Assembly (NCBI GenBank): GCA_964491475.1
Contig: CAZBFO010000002.1
Location: forward strand, 16,501-80,500
DNA length: 64,000 bases
Direction: 5' to 3'
DNA from: an uncultured Gammaproteobacteria bacterium
GTDB lineage: Bacteria; Patescibacteriota; Patescibacteriia; SG8-24
The number at the start of each line of letters is the position of its first letter. Within the stretch, counting starts at the first letter, position 1. The notes under the pieces are model-generated. The model saw nothing but the letters and a program-made list of their open reading frames with translations. It had not been told where the DNA came from and ran no database searches. Of the stretch, positions 39,001-47,707 are shown piece after piece. A program made the position numbers and the translations under genes.

Positions 39001-39371
39001 TCCTCTCGGCCAACGCAGCCCTGGCTTCGCTCTCCGTCCCCGGCGACACGGTTCCGAACGCGGCAGTGACGATGTCGGCGGGCACCGCCAACTACGGCAT
39101 TTGCGTGAACTCGGTTTCGCCGCCGAGTGCCGGTTCCGGCACCTTCCAGCCGTCCACCCCTTACGACACCGGCACATGCGACCCGACTGGATCATCGAAC
39201 GCCGTGAAGGCGCTCTCGACCGTGACTCCGACGCAGATTCTCGATACCGCCGCCGGTCCGGTCACCACGGGATCGGCGGAGATTCTCGTGAACGCCACAA
39301 GTTCCACGGCTACCGTTGCCCACTCTGACTACGCCGACGTCCTGACCTTCGTGGCGAGCGGGACGTTCTAG
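36087..39371 (+). CDS. RCC1/BLIP-II repeat surface protein with the same C-terminal domain
   Basis: About 14 repeats HSLALKANGTVWAWGxNxxGQLGDGT; ends HSDYADVLTFVASGTF. Confidence 0.9.
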   Translation: MRKLPGFSSHQGRHHGEGRFLAVDKIKHALSGVAAKRAVAKLMVAVTIFSQMIAVVPSTQAAEQVGLVVKPMLSTGGAHTLFLKTDGTVWGSGLNSSGQLGNGANTNVSTAVQVSSLNGVVAVAGGQYHSLALKANGTVWAWGANSSGQLGNGSNTGSNVPVQVSGLTGVIAVAAGGSHSLALKANGTVWAWGLNGQGQLGDGTNTDSNVPVQVFGLSSVATVASGLYFSLAIKTDGTSWGWGQDNRGQLCDGTNTDSNVPVQATGITTAKSIAGGAEHAIIALDDGTVRSCGRNNEGQLGDGTNTDSNVPVTVSGLSGVASVVGGLYHSAALKADGTVRTWGWNLLGQLGDGTNTDSNVPVTPTGLTGASQLATSSTSEHVMALKADGTIWGWANNGAGEFGNGNTTVTNYPVQSLFDMYVGPAGIVEVAGGADHAIALKVNGDVWGWGYNGDGEIGNGTNTNSLTPLQTSVLTAARSIASGGSHNLAIDSDGTVWAWGANNYGQLADGNTPFSSNVPVQVSGLTDAVAVAGGYYHSLALKANGTVWAWGANNYGQLGDGTNTDSDVPVQVSGLTDVVAIASGLQNSMALLADGSVWMWGFGNGGQLGNGTNAHSNVPVQVSTISGVRAIADGDVGAMALLGDGTVWAWGVNAFGSLGDGTNTDSNTPVAVSNVDLASDVVTLAAGGGHMVAIKANGTVWAWGLNASGELGDGTNTDRNVPVQTTGIIGGKVVGRGFSSTYVVKSNGTLWAWGYNGDGELGNGTLINSSSPVQVQFPAPPGPTGNTTDNSALFSRLGVNANATVTIAFTLADTLSSQLTVTFDPAFTGMNVSGASANTPNTPGCMSNFVATGPNSFTADKAGCSGVVMISGIQVVNPPTPGSYQISWTNDDPGYTLVAIVDSDQVTVNAQVAPSITFDLNAGTTNASVSAPYSVALGSLTTVAVAHSDNSTVNSIWANLDTNAAGGAIVTVLSANAALASLSVPGDTVPNAAVTMSAGTANYGICVNSVSPPSAGSGTFQPSTPYDTGTCDPTGSSNAVKALSTVTPTQILDTAAGPVTTGSAEILVNATSSTATVAHSDYADVLTFVASGTF

Positions 39372-39385
39372 GGCAGCGCCGCACT

Positions 39386-39421
39386 ATGCGAAAACCGCTC
39401 CGAAGGGAGCGGTTTTCGCAT
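39386..39421. terminator. Bidirectional terminator
   Basis: atgcgaaaaccgctcc / ggagcggttttcgcat inverted repeat between convergent genes. Confidence 0.7.
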
Positions 39422-39427
39422 TCATGA

Positions 39428-41359
39428 CTACACCTCGATGATCACCGGCAGCACCATCGGGCGGCGTTCCGTGGCGCGGAAGAGGAACGAACCCACTTCG
39501 TTGCGGATCTTGTTCTTGAGGTAGTCCTCGATGGCGGGGGTGCGCTTGTCGTGGTCTTTGAGCAGCTTCTTGATGAAGGCGCGGGAGCGTTCGATGAGCT
39601 CCTTGTTCTCGCGCATGTAGACGAAACCGCGGGAGATGATGTCGGGGGAACCGACCAGGTCGCCGGTCTTCTTGTCGATCGTCGCAATGACGACGAAGAT
39701 GCCGTCGCCGGCAAGCTCCACGCGGTCTCGCAGGACCACTTCGGAGACGTCGCCGACGCCGAGGCCGTCGACCATGACGTATTCGACGGGCATTTTCTCC
39801 TTGGAGAGGCGGCCGCCGGCGTTGGTCCACTCCATCACCTGGCCGTTGTCGGCCACGAAGACGTTCTCCTTGGCGATGCCGACTTCCTGGCCCAGTTCCT
39901 TGTGGGACTCGAGCAGGAAGCGGTTGCCATGGATGGGAATCAGGAACTTGGGCTTGGTCAGGCGCATCATCAGCTTGAGGTCTTCCTGCTTGGCGTGACC
40001 TCCGGCGTGAATGTCGAGATTTTTGTAATGGTAAACCTTGGCGCCTTGGCGCACCAAGGCGTCTTTCAAAGACTGCACCGAGCGCTCGTTGCCCGGGATG
40101 ACCGAGCTGGAGAACACCAGGCCGTCGCCGGGCTGGATCTTGATCTGGCGGTGCTCGCTGTTGGCGATGCGCATCAGCGCGGCGTTCTTTTCGCCCTGGG
40201 CGCCGGTGCAGACCACGACCATCTTTTCGTCAGGAACCTTGTTGAACTCATGCTCCTCGACGATGGTGCCGGGCTTGAAGTGCATGTAGCCGAGCGAGTG
40301 CGCCAGCTCCACGTTGTTGTTCATGCTGCGGCCGGCGATCATCAGGCGCTTGCCGTACTTTTCGCACAGCCAGATGATCTGCTGGATGCGGGTGAGCAGC
40401 GACGAGAAGGTGCCGATGATGAGGCGGCCCTTGTGGTTCTGGAAGATGCGCTCCATTTCCTCGCTGACGGCGCGCTCCGAAATCTGGTGGCCCGGGCTTT
40501 CGGCGTTGGTGGAGTCCGAGAACAGCGCCAAAGTGCCCTTGATGCCGAACTGGGCGATGTGCGTCAGGTCCGCAGGCTCATCGTTCACGGGAGAAAAGTC
40601 GAACTTGAAGTCGCCGGTGATGAGGATGGTGCCGTACGGGGTGTGGAAGGCGGCACCGAAGGCGTCCGAGATGTTGTGGTTGACGTGGAACGGCTCGAAC
40701 AGGAAGTGCTGACCGAGCTGAATCTTGGATTCGGCGTCAACCAGCTGGATCTTGAGGTTGTTGACGTTGCCGAACTCCTCCTGGCGCTTCTTGATGATGC
40801 CGGCGGTGAGTGGCGCGGTGAAAATCGTGGGGAAGCCCAGGCGGCTGATGGTCAGGGGAATGCCGCCGATGTGGTCCAAGTGGCCGTGGGTGACCACCAT
40901 GCCGCGGATGTTCTTTTCGCGGCCGCGGAAGGTGGTGATGTTCGGGATGATGTAGTCGATGCCCGGCATGCCTTCTTCGGGGAACATCAAGCCGCAGTCG
41001 ACGATGACGATGTCGTCGCCGCACTCGAGCACGGTGCAGTTACGGCCGATCTCTTCGAGACCGCCGAGGGCGTAGACCTTGAGCGGGGGAGTGCCTTCCG
41101 GGGCAACCAGCTGTTGCGGACCGGAGATGAGCTCCATGCGCGACGAAGGGCGCACGTTCTTCACGGGCTCCTTGGGGGCGGCGAGATTGCCATGGCCGCC
41201 GTGGCCGCCATGATGGCCGTGACCGCCCTTGCGGTGCGCGGTGAGCGGCCGATTGGGGGTGGGGCGGCGGTTTGAGTTATGTGCGGGAGCTGCGGGTTTG
41301 GCAGAGCCGCTGGCGGCCGGCTGTTCCGGCGCTTTCGATGTCGGTTTGTTTTCCGTCAT
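39428..41359 (-). CDS. rnj: Ribonuclease J
   Basis: LGGLEEIGRN, THGHLDHIG, GDFKFD, DSTNA, TGAQGE and HAGGH motifs. Confidence 0.95.
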   Translation of the reverse strand: MTENKPTSKAPEQPAASGSAKPAAPAHNSNRRPTPNRPLTAHRKGGHGHHGGHGGHGNLAAPKEPVKNVRPSSRMELISGPQQLVAPEGTPPLKVYALGGLEEIGRNCTVLECGDDIVIVDCGLMFPEEGMPGIDYIIPNITTFRGREKNIRGMVVTHGHLDHIGGIPLTISRLGFPTIFTAPLTAGIIKKRQEEFGNVNNLKIQLVDAESKIQLGQHFLFEPFHVNHNISDAFGAAFHTPYGTILITGDFKFDFSPVNDEPADLTHIAQFGIKGTLALFSDSTNAESPGHQISERAVSEEMERIFQNHKGRLIIGTFSSLLTRIQQIIWLCEKYGKRLMIAGRSMNNNVELAHSLGYMHFKPGTIVEEHEFNKVPDEKMVVVCTGAQGEKNAALMRIANSEHRQIKIQPGDGLVFSSSVIPGNERSVQSLKDALVRQGAKVYHYKNLDIHAGGHAKQEDLKLMMRLTKPKFLIPIHGNRFLLESHKELGQEVGIAKENVFVADNGQVMEWTNAGGRLSKEKMPVEYVMVDGLGVGDVSEVVLRDRVELAGDGIFVVIATIDKKTGDLVGSPDIISRGFVYMRENKELIERSRAFIKKLLKDHDKRTPAIEDYLKNKIRNEVGSFLFRATERRPMVLPVIIEV

Positions 41360-41636
41360 ACGCAATGACAGTTGATGGCCCGAAGTCGGCAAAAACCATC
41401 GGCGCGACGCTGAAAACGGCAAAAAGCGTTATCAGCGTCCGCGTGGCGTACCGCCGCGGGCGAGTAAAAATAGGTGACTCAATTTTTCCAACTGTCTAGC
41501 GCAAGATGCGTCTACGCGAACCGCATTCACGGAGCGAGAGCAAGTCACGTAAATGACTTGCCTAAACGACCGAAGTGGAAAGATGGCAGGGCGTTACTGC
41601 GCACTAGCATCTGTCAGCTTCAGGCTCTCTAAAGGG

Positions 41637-41665
41637 AGTATAGCAGACCCTTCTCTTTTTGTCGA
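41637..41665 (-). promoter_or_regulatory. sigma70 promoter for rnj, giving a ~270-nt leader
   Basis: Minus strand TCGACA-17 nt-TATACT with extended TG. Confidence 0.6.
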
Positions 41666-41746
41666 CCCTCGAACCTTCCGCCAAAGAAAAAGGGCCCTCG
41701 CTATCGCGGCGGGCCCTTGCGTGTGCAAACGGTCGTTGAGAGTGCC

Positions 41747-42151
41747 TCAGAAGCCGCCGCCGAAGTCGCCGGGAAGCCCGTGACCCCTGTCCCTTGCCGC
41801 TTCTCGGCGCCGCTCTTCCTCGCGGCGCTTTTCGTCTTTTTTCAGGAAAAGCTTCAAATGGCGGTACTTGGATGACAGGTCGACCGATCGGATACCCTCT
41901 CTATCGCCGAACGCCTCTTTGATGAGGCGGGTCAGGTCATCCGGCTCGAGTGCGGGATCGACGCAGGCCTTCTCCAGGAAGGCCAGCTTTTGGTCAAGGA
42001 TTGATTCGCTAAACTCCTTGGACAAGGCAGCTCTGCGGTTTGCGGATGTCTTGAGTCGTTCCTGCTGCTGTCGATCTGCGCGGCCTCGCTCGATATCTGC
42101 GAGTTCCTGCGCATCCACTTTGATCGAACGCCTTCTGTCTTTTTTCGGCAC
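41747..42151 (-). CDS. Small charged hypothetical protein
   Basis: GTG start with GAGG upstream; helical Arg/Glu-rich product downstream of tRNA-Leu. Confidence 0.5.
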   Translation of the reverse strand: MPKKDRRRSIKVDAQELADIERGRADRQQQERLKTSANRRAALSKEFSESILDQKLAFLEKACVDPALEPDDLTRLIKEAFGDREGIRSVDLSSKYRHLKLFLKKDEKRREEERRREAARDRGHGLPGDFGGGF

Positions 42152-42274
42152 GATGCCTCGCCTGTTTTCGTTGGGGTTTCGTCGTGAGGCATTGGTAACA
42201 GGAAAGGCACTCTTCGTCAAGATCGGCGCGCGGCAGAATGCAAACAAAAAAACCATCCTAAGATGGCATTCTTG

Positions 42275-42361
42275 TGGTGCGGACGGAGGGACTTGAACCC
42301 TCATGAGCTTGCGCCCGCTAGCTCCTGAAGCTAGTGCGTCTGCCAGTTTCGCCACGTCCGC
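42275..42361 (-). tRNA. tRNA-Leu(CAG)
   Basis: GCGGACG acceptor, anticodon arm CTAGC-TTCAGGA-GCTAG, long variable arm, GGTTCAAGTCC, CCA. Confidence 0.95.
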
Positions 42362-42419
42362 GTGTTGAGGAGTGTAGTGCCCGGAGCCCGAAGTGTAAAG
42401 GGGCCCTGGTCCGCATCTC

Positions 42420-44279
42420 CTATTTCCACACTCTCTTGGTGTTGACGTACCAGGAAGTCACGTCGTCGAACCGGTCCGACGGCATGAAGATGGTGCCGGC
42501 TTCGACGCCTTGCAGCTTGCGGCCCACGGCGTAGGTGTAGGTGGGGCTGTAAAGCAGGATCGCCGGGACTTCTTCGGCCAAGATGTCCTGGAACTCGCGG
42601 TACATCTTTTCGCGTTCACCGGTGTCGGCCGAGCCGCGGGCCTTCTCCAAGATCTCGTCCACGCGGCGGTTGCTGTAGACGGCCAGGTTCAGGCCGGAGG
42701 CGTCGTTTTGCGAGGAGTGCCAGAACGGGTACGGATCAGGGTCCGCGCCGATGATCTCGCCGTAGAGCAGCGCTTCGTACTCGCGCGGGCGAATGACGTC
42801 CTTTTGGATCTTGGAACCGGAGACGATGTTCAGCGTGGTCTGCACGCCCAGCGCGTCCCAGTTGCGCTTGATGATGTCGGCTACGGCCATGTTTTCCTTG
42901 GCCTCGACTGTCGTCAGGGTGACAGAGAGGGGGGTCTGCACGGCGGTCTTGGCGGTCTTCTTCTTTACCGTCTTTGTCTCGTAGGTGGTCTTTTTGCGGA
43001 TGCCATCGGTCGGGTCGACCTTCCAGCCTTCTCCGTCGAGCTGGACGCCCGCAGCGGCGGCATCGAAAGGATACTTCTTGACGTCCGGGTTGAATCCCAC
43101 GAAACCGGCCAAAATCGGGCTCCAGACCATCACGCCGTTGTCGCTCAAGGCGTCCTTGAGTATGGATTGGCGGTCGATGGCGCTGGCAAGCGCCTGGCGC
43201 ACGGCCTTAGACTTGAGCGCGGCGTTCTTGTTCTGGTTGAAGAACACGCCCGTGTACTGCGGCAGACGCAGGGTGGTCAGGCGGATGTTGCGCTGTTTTT
43301 GGGCGGCATCGCGGTACTCCAAGGGCAGGAAGCTCATGCCGTCGACCCTGCGATCGGTCAGCGCGTCGTGGGCTGAACCGAAATCCTGGAAGTACTTGAA
43401 GGTGATGGAGGAGAGGTAGGCGACGTCGTCGTAGTAGTTGTCGTTACGAGCGAGCGTGTACGAAAGGATCGCGCCCTGCTTGTCCTTGGCGAAGGACTTG
43501 AACTTGAACGGACCGGTGCCGACGGGTTTCAGGTTCAGCTCGGCACGGGCGGCGTTTTCCGGCTTGATGCTCTGCCAGAGGTGTTCGGGCACGATGCCGA
43601 CGGTCAGCATCGACAGGAACGGGGCGAACGGCTCGGACAGCGTGAAGGTGACCGTCTGGTCGTCGACGGAAGACACCGTGACGTTCTTGAACTGGGAGTT
43701 CAGCGGGCTCTTGAATCCGGGGTCCTTGATGATGGCGATGGTGCCCGTGACATCCTTGGCCGTGAAAGGGGAGCCGTCATGCCACAGTACGCCGCCGTGC
43801 AGCTTGAAGGTGTAGGTCTTGCCGTCGTCGCTGACGGTATAGGATTCGGCCAGGTCCGGCGCCAATTCGCCCTTCGCGGTGGTTTTCATCAGGCCGGAAA
43901 AGACCAGCTTCATCAGGTCCTGATCGGCATCGTTGTTCGACGCCAAAATCGGATTCACGTAATGCGGGACGCCTACGGACGCCTCGACGTAATCGCCGCC
44001 GGAAGCCGGCGCAGGCATCATGTGCTCATTCCACATCTTTGCGCCGAACAGCAGGGCCGCCACGGCGATGATGGCACCAAGGATGCCGATGGTCTTTTTT
44101 TCTCTGGGGGAAAGGAAGCGCGGCAGATGTTTGAGCTGTTTGGTGGTCGGGAGCCTTTTGCCCGAGAACTGCAACACCAGCCTCTTGTCGAGGTGGCGGT
44201 GGGCGTCGCCCGACGACGCGGAGGCCGCGCCGCGGGAACTGCCGAAAAAAGACGAAATGCTCTCGGAAAGTTTTTTCAC
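42420..44279 (-). CDS. ABC transporter substrate-binding protein, family 5 (peptide/nickel), membrane anchored
   Basis: PDLAESY, WHDGSPFTAKDV, PVGTGPF and VRQALASAIDR motifs. Confidence 0.9.
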   Translation of the reverse strand: MKKLSESISSFFGSSRGAASASSGDAHRHLDKRLVLQFSGKRLPTTKQLKHLPRFLSPREKKTIGILGAIIAVAALLFGAKMWNEHMMPAPASGGDYVEASVGVPHYVNPILASNNDADQDLMKLVFSGLMKTTAKGELAPDLAESYTVSDDGKTYTFKLHGGVLWHDGSPFTAKDVTGTIAIIKDPGFKSPLNSQFKNVTVSSVDDQTVTFTLSEPFAPFLSMLTVGIVPEHLWQSIKPENAARAELNLKPVGTGPFKFKSFAKDKQGAILSYTLARNDNYYDDVAYLSSITFKYFQDFGSAHDALTDRRVDGMSFLPLEYRDAAQKQRNIRLTTLRLPQYTGVFFNQNKNAALKSKAVRQALASAIDRQSILKDALSDNGVMVWSPILAGFVGFNPDVKKYPFDAAAAGVQLDGEGWKVDPTDGIRKKTTYETKTVKKKTAKTAVQTPLSVTLTTVEAKENMAVADIIKRNWDALGVQTTLNIVSGSKIQKDVIRPREYEALLYGEIIGADPDPYPFWHSSQNDASGLNLAVYSNRRVDEILEKARGSADTGEREKMYREFQDILAEEVPAILLYSPTYTYAVGRKLQGVEAGTIFMPSDRFDDVTSWYVNTKRVWK

Positions 44280-44288
44280 ACGAACACC

Positions 44289-44540
44289 TTACGCCTGGGG
44301 CACGGTAATCGTGGCAAGGGCCAGGCCCAGGAAGAGAACAGCAAAGACGATGGTTGCGCGGAAAAGCACCTTTTCGACGCCGCGCTTGGTGCGGTAGACG
44401 TTGCCTTCGCCACCGAAGGTGTTGCCAAGGCCGGTGCCGCGGGACTGCAGCAGGATGGCAAGCATCAGGAGTACCGAAATGACGATCTGGACGATGGTGA
44501 GGTTGGTCTTGGTGAAGACGGTGGCAAACAAGTGGTTCAT
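44289..44540 (-). CDS. secG: Preprotein translocase subunit SecG
   Basis: Two TMs flanking ILLQSRGTGLGNTFGG...RGVEKVLF. Confidence 0.9.
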   Translation of the reverse strand: MNHLFATVFTKTNLTIVQIVISVLLMLAILLQSRGTGLGNTFGGEGNVYRTKRGVEKVLFRATIVFAVLFLGLALATITVPQA

Positions 44541-44675
44541 AGCCTTTTGGTCCCGTTAATCGGAGCTAAGAAGGGCGGGAAAATGCTTCAGTAACTGCAG
44601 AAGCGACTGCTCGCAGGCTATCATGGTGGGGAGGGGGTGTCAACGGTGGGGGCGAAGTTCTGCTATACTGTGCCT

Positions 44676-45446
44676 ATGCCTACGTACGACTTGGATTTGG
44701 ACAAACCGCTTGAAGAAAAGAGAAAGGGCGGCGGCTGGGGTTGTGCCATCGGCGGCTGGTCGGTGTTCGTGCTCGTTGCGGCGCTGACCCTCTTCGTCGG
44801 GTATCGAACATGGTTCTATTACACCAAGCTTCGTTCGGGACAGATAGTGGATCTGCCGCAGTTCAAGGATCGCCTCACGGCCATCGCGTCGCCAGCCGGC
44901 GTGACGCCGGTGACGGAAGCGGCACGCAGCGAGGTGGAACTTGCCGCCGCGCCGGCACAGGGTCCGGAGCAGCGAGACGCGAAGCTCGTGGTGGTGGAAT
45001 TTGCCGATTTTCAATGTCCGTATTCAAAGGACGAGGCTCTGGTGGTGCGCACTTTGATGCAAAAATACGGCGACAAAGTACGCTTTGAGTTCCGCGACTA
45101 TCCGATTCAGCAGCTGCATCCCGATGCGGTCAATGCGGCCCTCGCCGCCCGTTGCGCGCAGGAGCAGGGAAAGTTCTGGGAATATCACGACAAGCTGTTC
45201 GTCAACTCGCCGACGCTTACCAAGCAGATGCTGCTGACGTATGCTGCCGAGATCGGCTTGGACGACGAGCAATTCACCAGATGCCTCTCGTCGCAGCGCT
45301 ACCGGCCGTCTGTCGAAAAGGACATGTCCAAGGCACAGACGTTGGGCATCGAAGGCACGCCGACCTTTTACCTCAACGGAAACCGCGTCGACGGCGCCAT
45401 TCCGATGGACGTGTTCGAGAACTTGATTCAGAAAATCACCAAATAG
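44676..45446 (+). CDS. DsbA/thioredoxin-fold membrane protein (CxxS active site)
   Basis: EFADFQCPYS, CAQEQGKFW and GTPTF motifs; N-terminal TM. Confidence 0.88.
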   Translation: MPTYDLDLDKPLEEKRKGGGWGCAIGGWSVFVLVAALTLFVGYRTWFYYTKLRSGQIVDLPQFKDRLTAIASPAGVTPVTEAARSEVELAAAPAQGPEQRDAKLVVVEFADFQCPYSKDEALVVRTLMQKYGDKVRFEFRDYPIQQLHPDAVNAALAARCAQEQGKFWEYHDKLFVNSPTLTKQMLLTYAAEIGLDDEQFTRCLSSQRYRPSVEKDMSKAQTLGIEGTPTFYLNGNRVDGAIPMDVFENLIQKITK

Positions 45447-45449
45447 GCT

Positions 45450-47546
45450 ATGCAGTTGCCCGGCAATCTCAAATTCCGGAAGAAACAGGCAGCGCTCGGG
45501 CTTTTTGCAGCCTGGCAGATGCTGGTTGCCCTCGTAGCCTTCGCGCCGATTTTCGTCGCCGCACCGGCCGGAGCGCAGAAGCCGGCCACTTGTTTCATGC
45601 GGGTGGAGTGTCTCGACTTGAATACCAAGGGCAATTGCGACAAGGAGCATTGCTTTGAGCCCCGCAAGGAATGCCCCGATGGTCAGGGCCTCTGTTATGC
45701 CAACCCGCCGGCAGTGCCTCTGGTCATCGCCATCGGCGGAAAGACCCAGGTTCTGGATTTGAGCGACTATATCGCCATCGTTTTCAATTTCGGCGCGATC
45801 GCCGCAGGCACCGTCGCCACCGTCATGTTCATGGTGGGGGGCTTCCAGTATCTGACCGCAGGCGGTGACGCCGGCCGTGTCGGTGCAGGAAAAAAGCGCA
45901 TTGTCGACGCGCTGGTCGGTCTGGCATTGGTGCTCGGTTCGGTCATCATGCTGCGCACCGTGAACCCCGACATTCTCCGTCTGCAGATGCCGAAAATCGA
46001 AATCGTGAAGAAAAAGCTGTTTGTCGGCTGCAACCTCTTTGAAATGAAGGCCAAATGCGGCGACCCTTTCACCATCGTGCAGATTCCCGGCGCCAACGAG
46101 TCCATGCCTATCGACAAGCAGTTCAAACTTGGGACGGCCGACGATGTCAAACAGAAGAAGGGGATCATCTGCCGCGGCATGAGCTGCGGCATGGCGGGAT
46201 TCGATGACGGCCTGTTCCGGTGCCAAAGAGACCGGACCTCAACCGAAAAGCCGTCAGAAACGCCGACGCAATGCGGCGGCCCGCCGGCGAAACCGTACAT
46301 CTGCAAGGAGTGTGCGGGTTGGGGCGGGGACTGCGGCAGGCAGGGCAAAAGCGACGACTGCTGCACCGGTTTCTGCGGTACGCGTTCGACCGCCTTGGCG
46401 ACGAAGGACGTGGTCACTTCCGCAGCCGGCGGCCTTGCGGCCGGTGCCGCTACGACCGCAGGCAAAGGCCTCTGCACCAACGGCGAAACCGGCGTGAACT
46501 GCGGCGGCAATGGGGAATGCAGGACCGGCCGTTGCGAGACGCGCGGATTCCACACCTGCTCCTCCGGCTTGACCGGTGCCGCATGCGATAACGCCACGCA
46601 GTGCTCTTCAGGATACGCCTGTCCGCAGGTCACGGGCCTGTTCATCTGCACTCCAAAGGTGCCCGGCGGCTATTGCCTGAACGAAAATGATTGCCCCGAG
46701 GGGTACTTCTGTCCCCGCGACAATTGCGGCATCGGCTCCGCTGCGCAGAATGCAGTGAGCTCTGCGCGAAACGCTGCATCGAGCGCTGGACAGGCTATCA
46801 TCGCCGCGGCCCAAAAGGCCTACGACGCGGCGGACAAGGCGCAGACTGACGGAAGTTACACCTGTTTGGAAGGCATCAGGAAGGGCAAAAAGGTGTCGCT
46901 GTTCGAACAAGGCCAGGCGTGTGCGAACCAGCCAGGACTGGTGGCCGCCGTGGCAGCGGCAAAGACAGCCCTTGTGGCTGCCAAGGCACAGTACGGTATC
47001 GGCACGATTTACGGCAGCGTCGCATCGAGCGGTGCCAACGCTCTTGCCGAGACGGTCAACTGCGGTCGTTGCCGTCGGCGCGACATGCCGAGTGATTGCG
47101 GCAGCGACACCGACTGCAATTCCCTCGGCCAGAAAGCAAGATGCGTGACTACGGACCGCGGAATCAAGGTCTGCACCACCGGCGAAGACGGCTCTCCTTG
47201 CCTGAAGAGCAGCGATTGCGACGACGGCTTTTGCGTCGCCGCAGTCACCAGCATCTTGCCGGGCGGCGGGAACCCCGGCCTTTGCAGCAAGGGCCTGGTC
47301 GGCGAACGCTGCAGCAAGGCCGAGGAGTGCAAGACGAAGCATTGCTACGTCGATGACGGCATCTCGGCGACCCGCGAATTCCTGAAAACCATCGGAAGTT
47401 GGGGCGAGGCCAAGTACGGCTTCTGCGTTTCGGGCGAAGCGGGGTCCGGCTGCAATCCGGCCAAGCAGGACCAGGATTGCGAGCCCAATCTGAAGTGCAG
47501 TCCGCAGGCGCACATGTGCATCGTGAGCAAAAACGCTTGCGGATAA
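45450..47546 (+). CDS. Cys-rich surface protein with TrbC/VirB2-like two-TM pilin module
   Basis: Signal-like segment; [10 protein letters not shown]...IVDALVGL...VNPD pilin-like motif; many CxxxxxC repeats. Confidence 0.75.
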   Translation: MQLPGNLKFRKKQAALGLFAAWQMLVALVAFAPIFVAAPAGAQKPATCFMRVECLDLNTKGNCDKEHCFEPRKECPDGQGLCYANPPAVPLVIAIGGKTQVLDLSDYIAIVFNFGAIAAGTVATVMFMVGGFQYLTAGGDAGRVGAGKKRIVDALVGLALVLGSVIMLRTVNPDILRLQMPKIEIVKKKLFVGCNLFEMKAKCGDPFTIVQIPGANESMPIDKQFKLGTADDVKQKKGIICRGMSCGMAGFDDGLFRCQRDRTSTEKPSETPTQCGGPPAKPYICKECAGWGGDCGRQGKSDDCCTGFCGTRSTALATKDVVTSAAGGLAAGAATTAGKGLCTNGETGVNCGGNGECRTGRCETRGFHTCSSGLTGAACDNATQCSSGYACPQVTGLFICTPKVPGGYCLNENDCPEGYFCPRDNCGIGSAAQNAVSSARNAASSAGQAIIAAAQKAYDAADKAQTDGSYTCLEGIRKGKKVSLFEQGQACANQPGLVAAVAAAKTALVAAKAQYGIGTIYGSVASSGANALAETVNCGRCRRRDMPSDCGSDTDCNSLGQKARCVTTDRGIKVCTTGEDGSPCLKSSDCDDGFCVAAVTSILPGGGNPGLCSKGLVGERCSKAEECKTKHCYVDDGISATREFLKTIGSWGEAKYGFCVSGEAGSGCNPAKQDQDCEPNLKCSPQAHMCIVSKNACG

Positions 47547-47707
47547 TAAAGAGGAAAACGCCGCCAACCAGCGGCGTTTTTCTAACGGTCGGCCGTCCAA
47601 AATCGGGCGCGAGCGAACCCCGCCCCTCAACCCTTGCCAGTACATTGACCGTTCGATATAGTGGGAAACAGTTTTGCGCCCCATTGTTCACATTGACGGA
47701 CAGCCAC

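Noticed and set aside
41747-42361. Integrated element at tRNA-Leu (or tRNA-Arg)
   Set aside because: No integrase and no duplicated tRNA 3' end found in the window.
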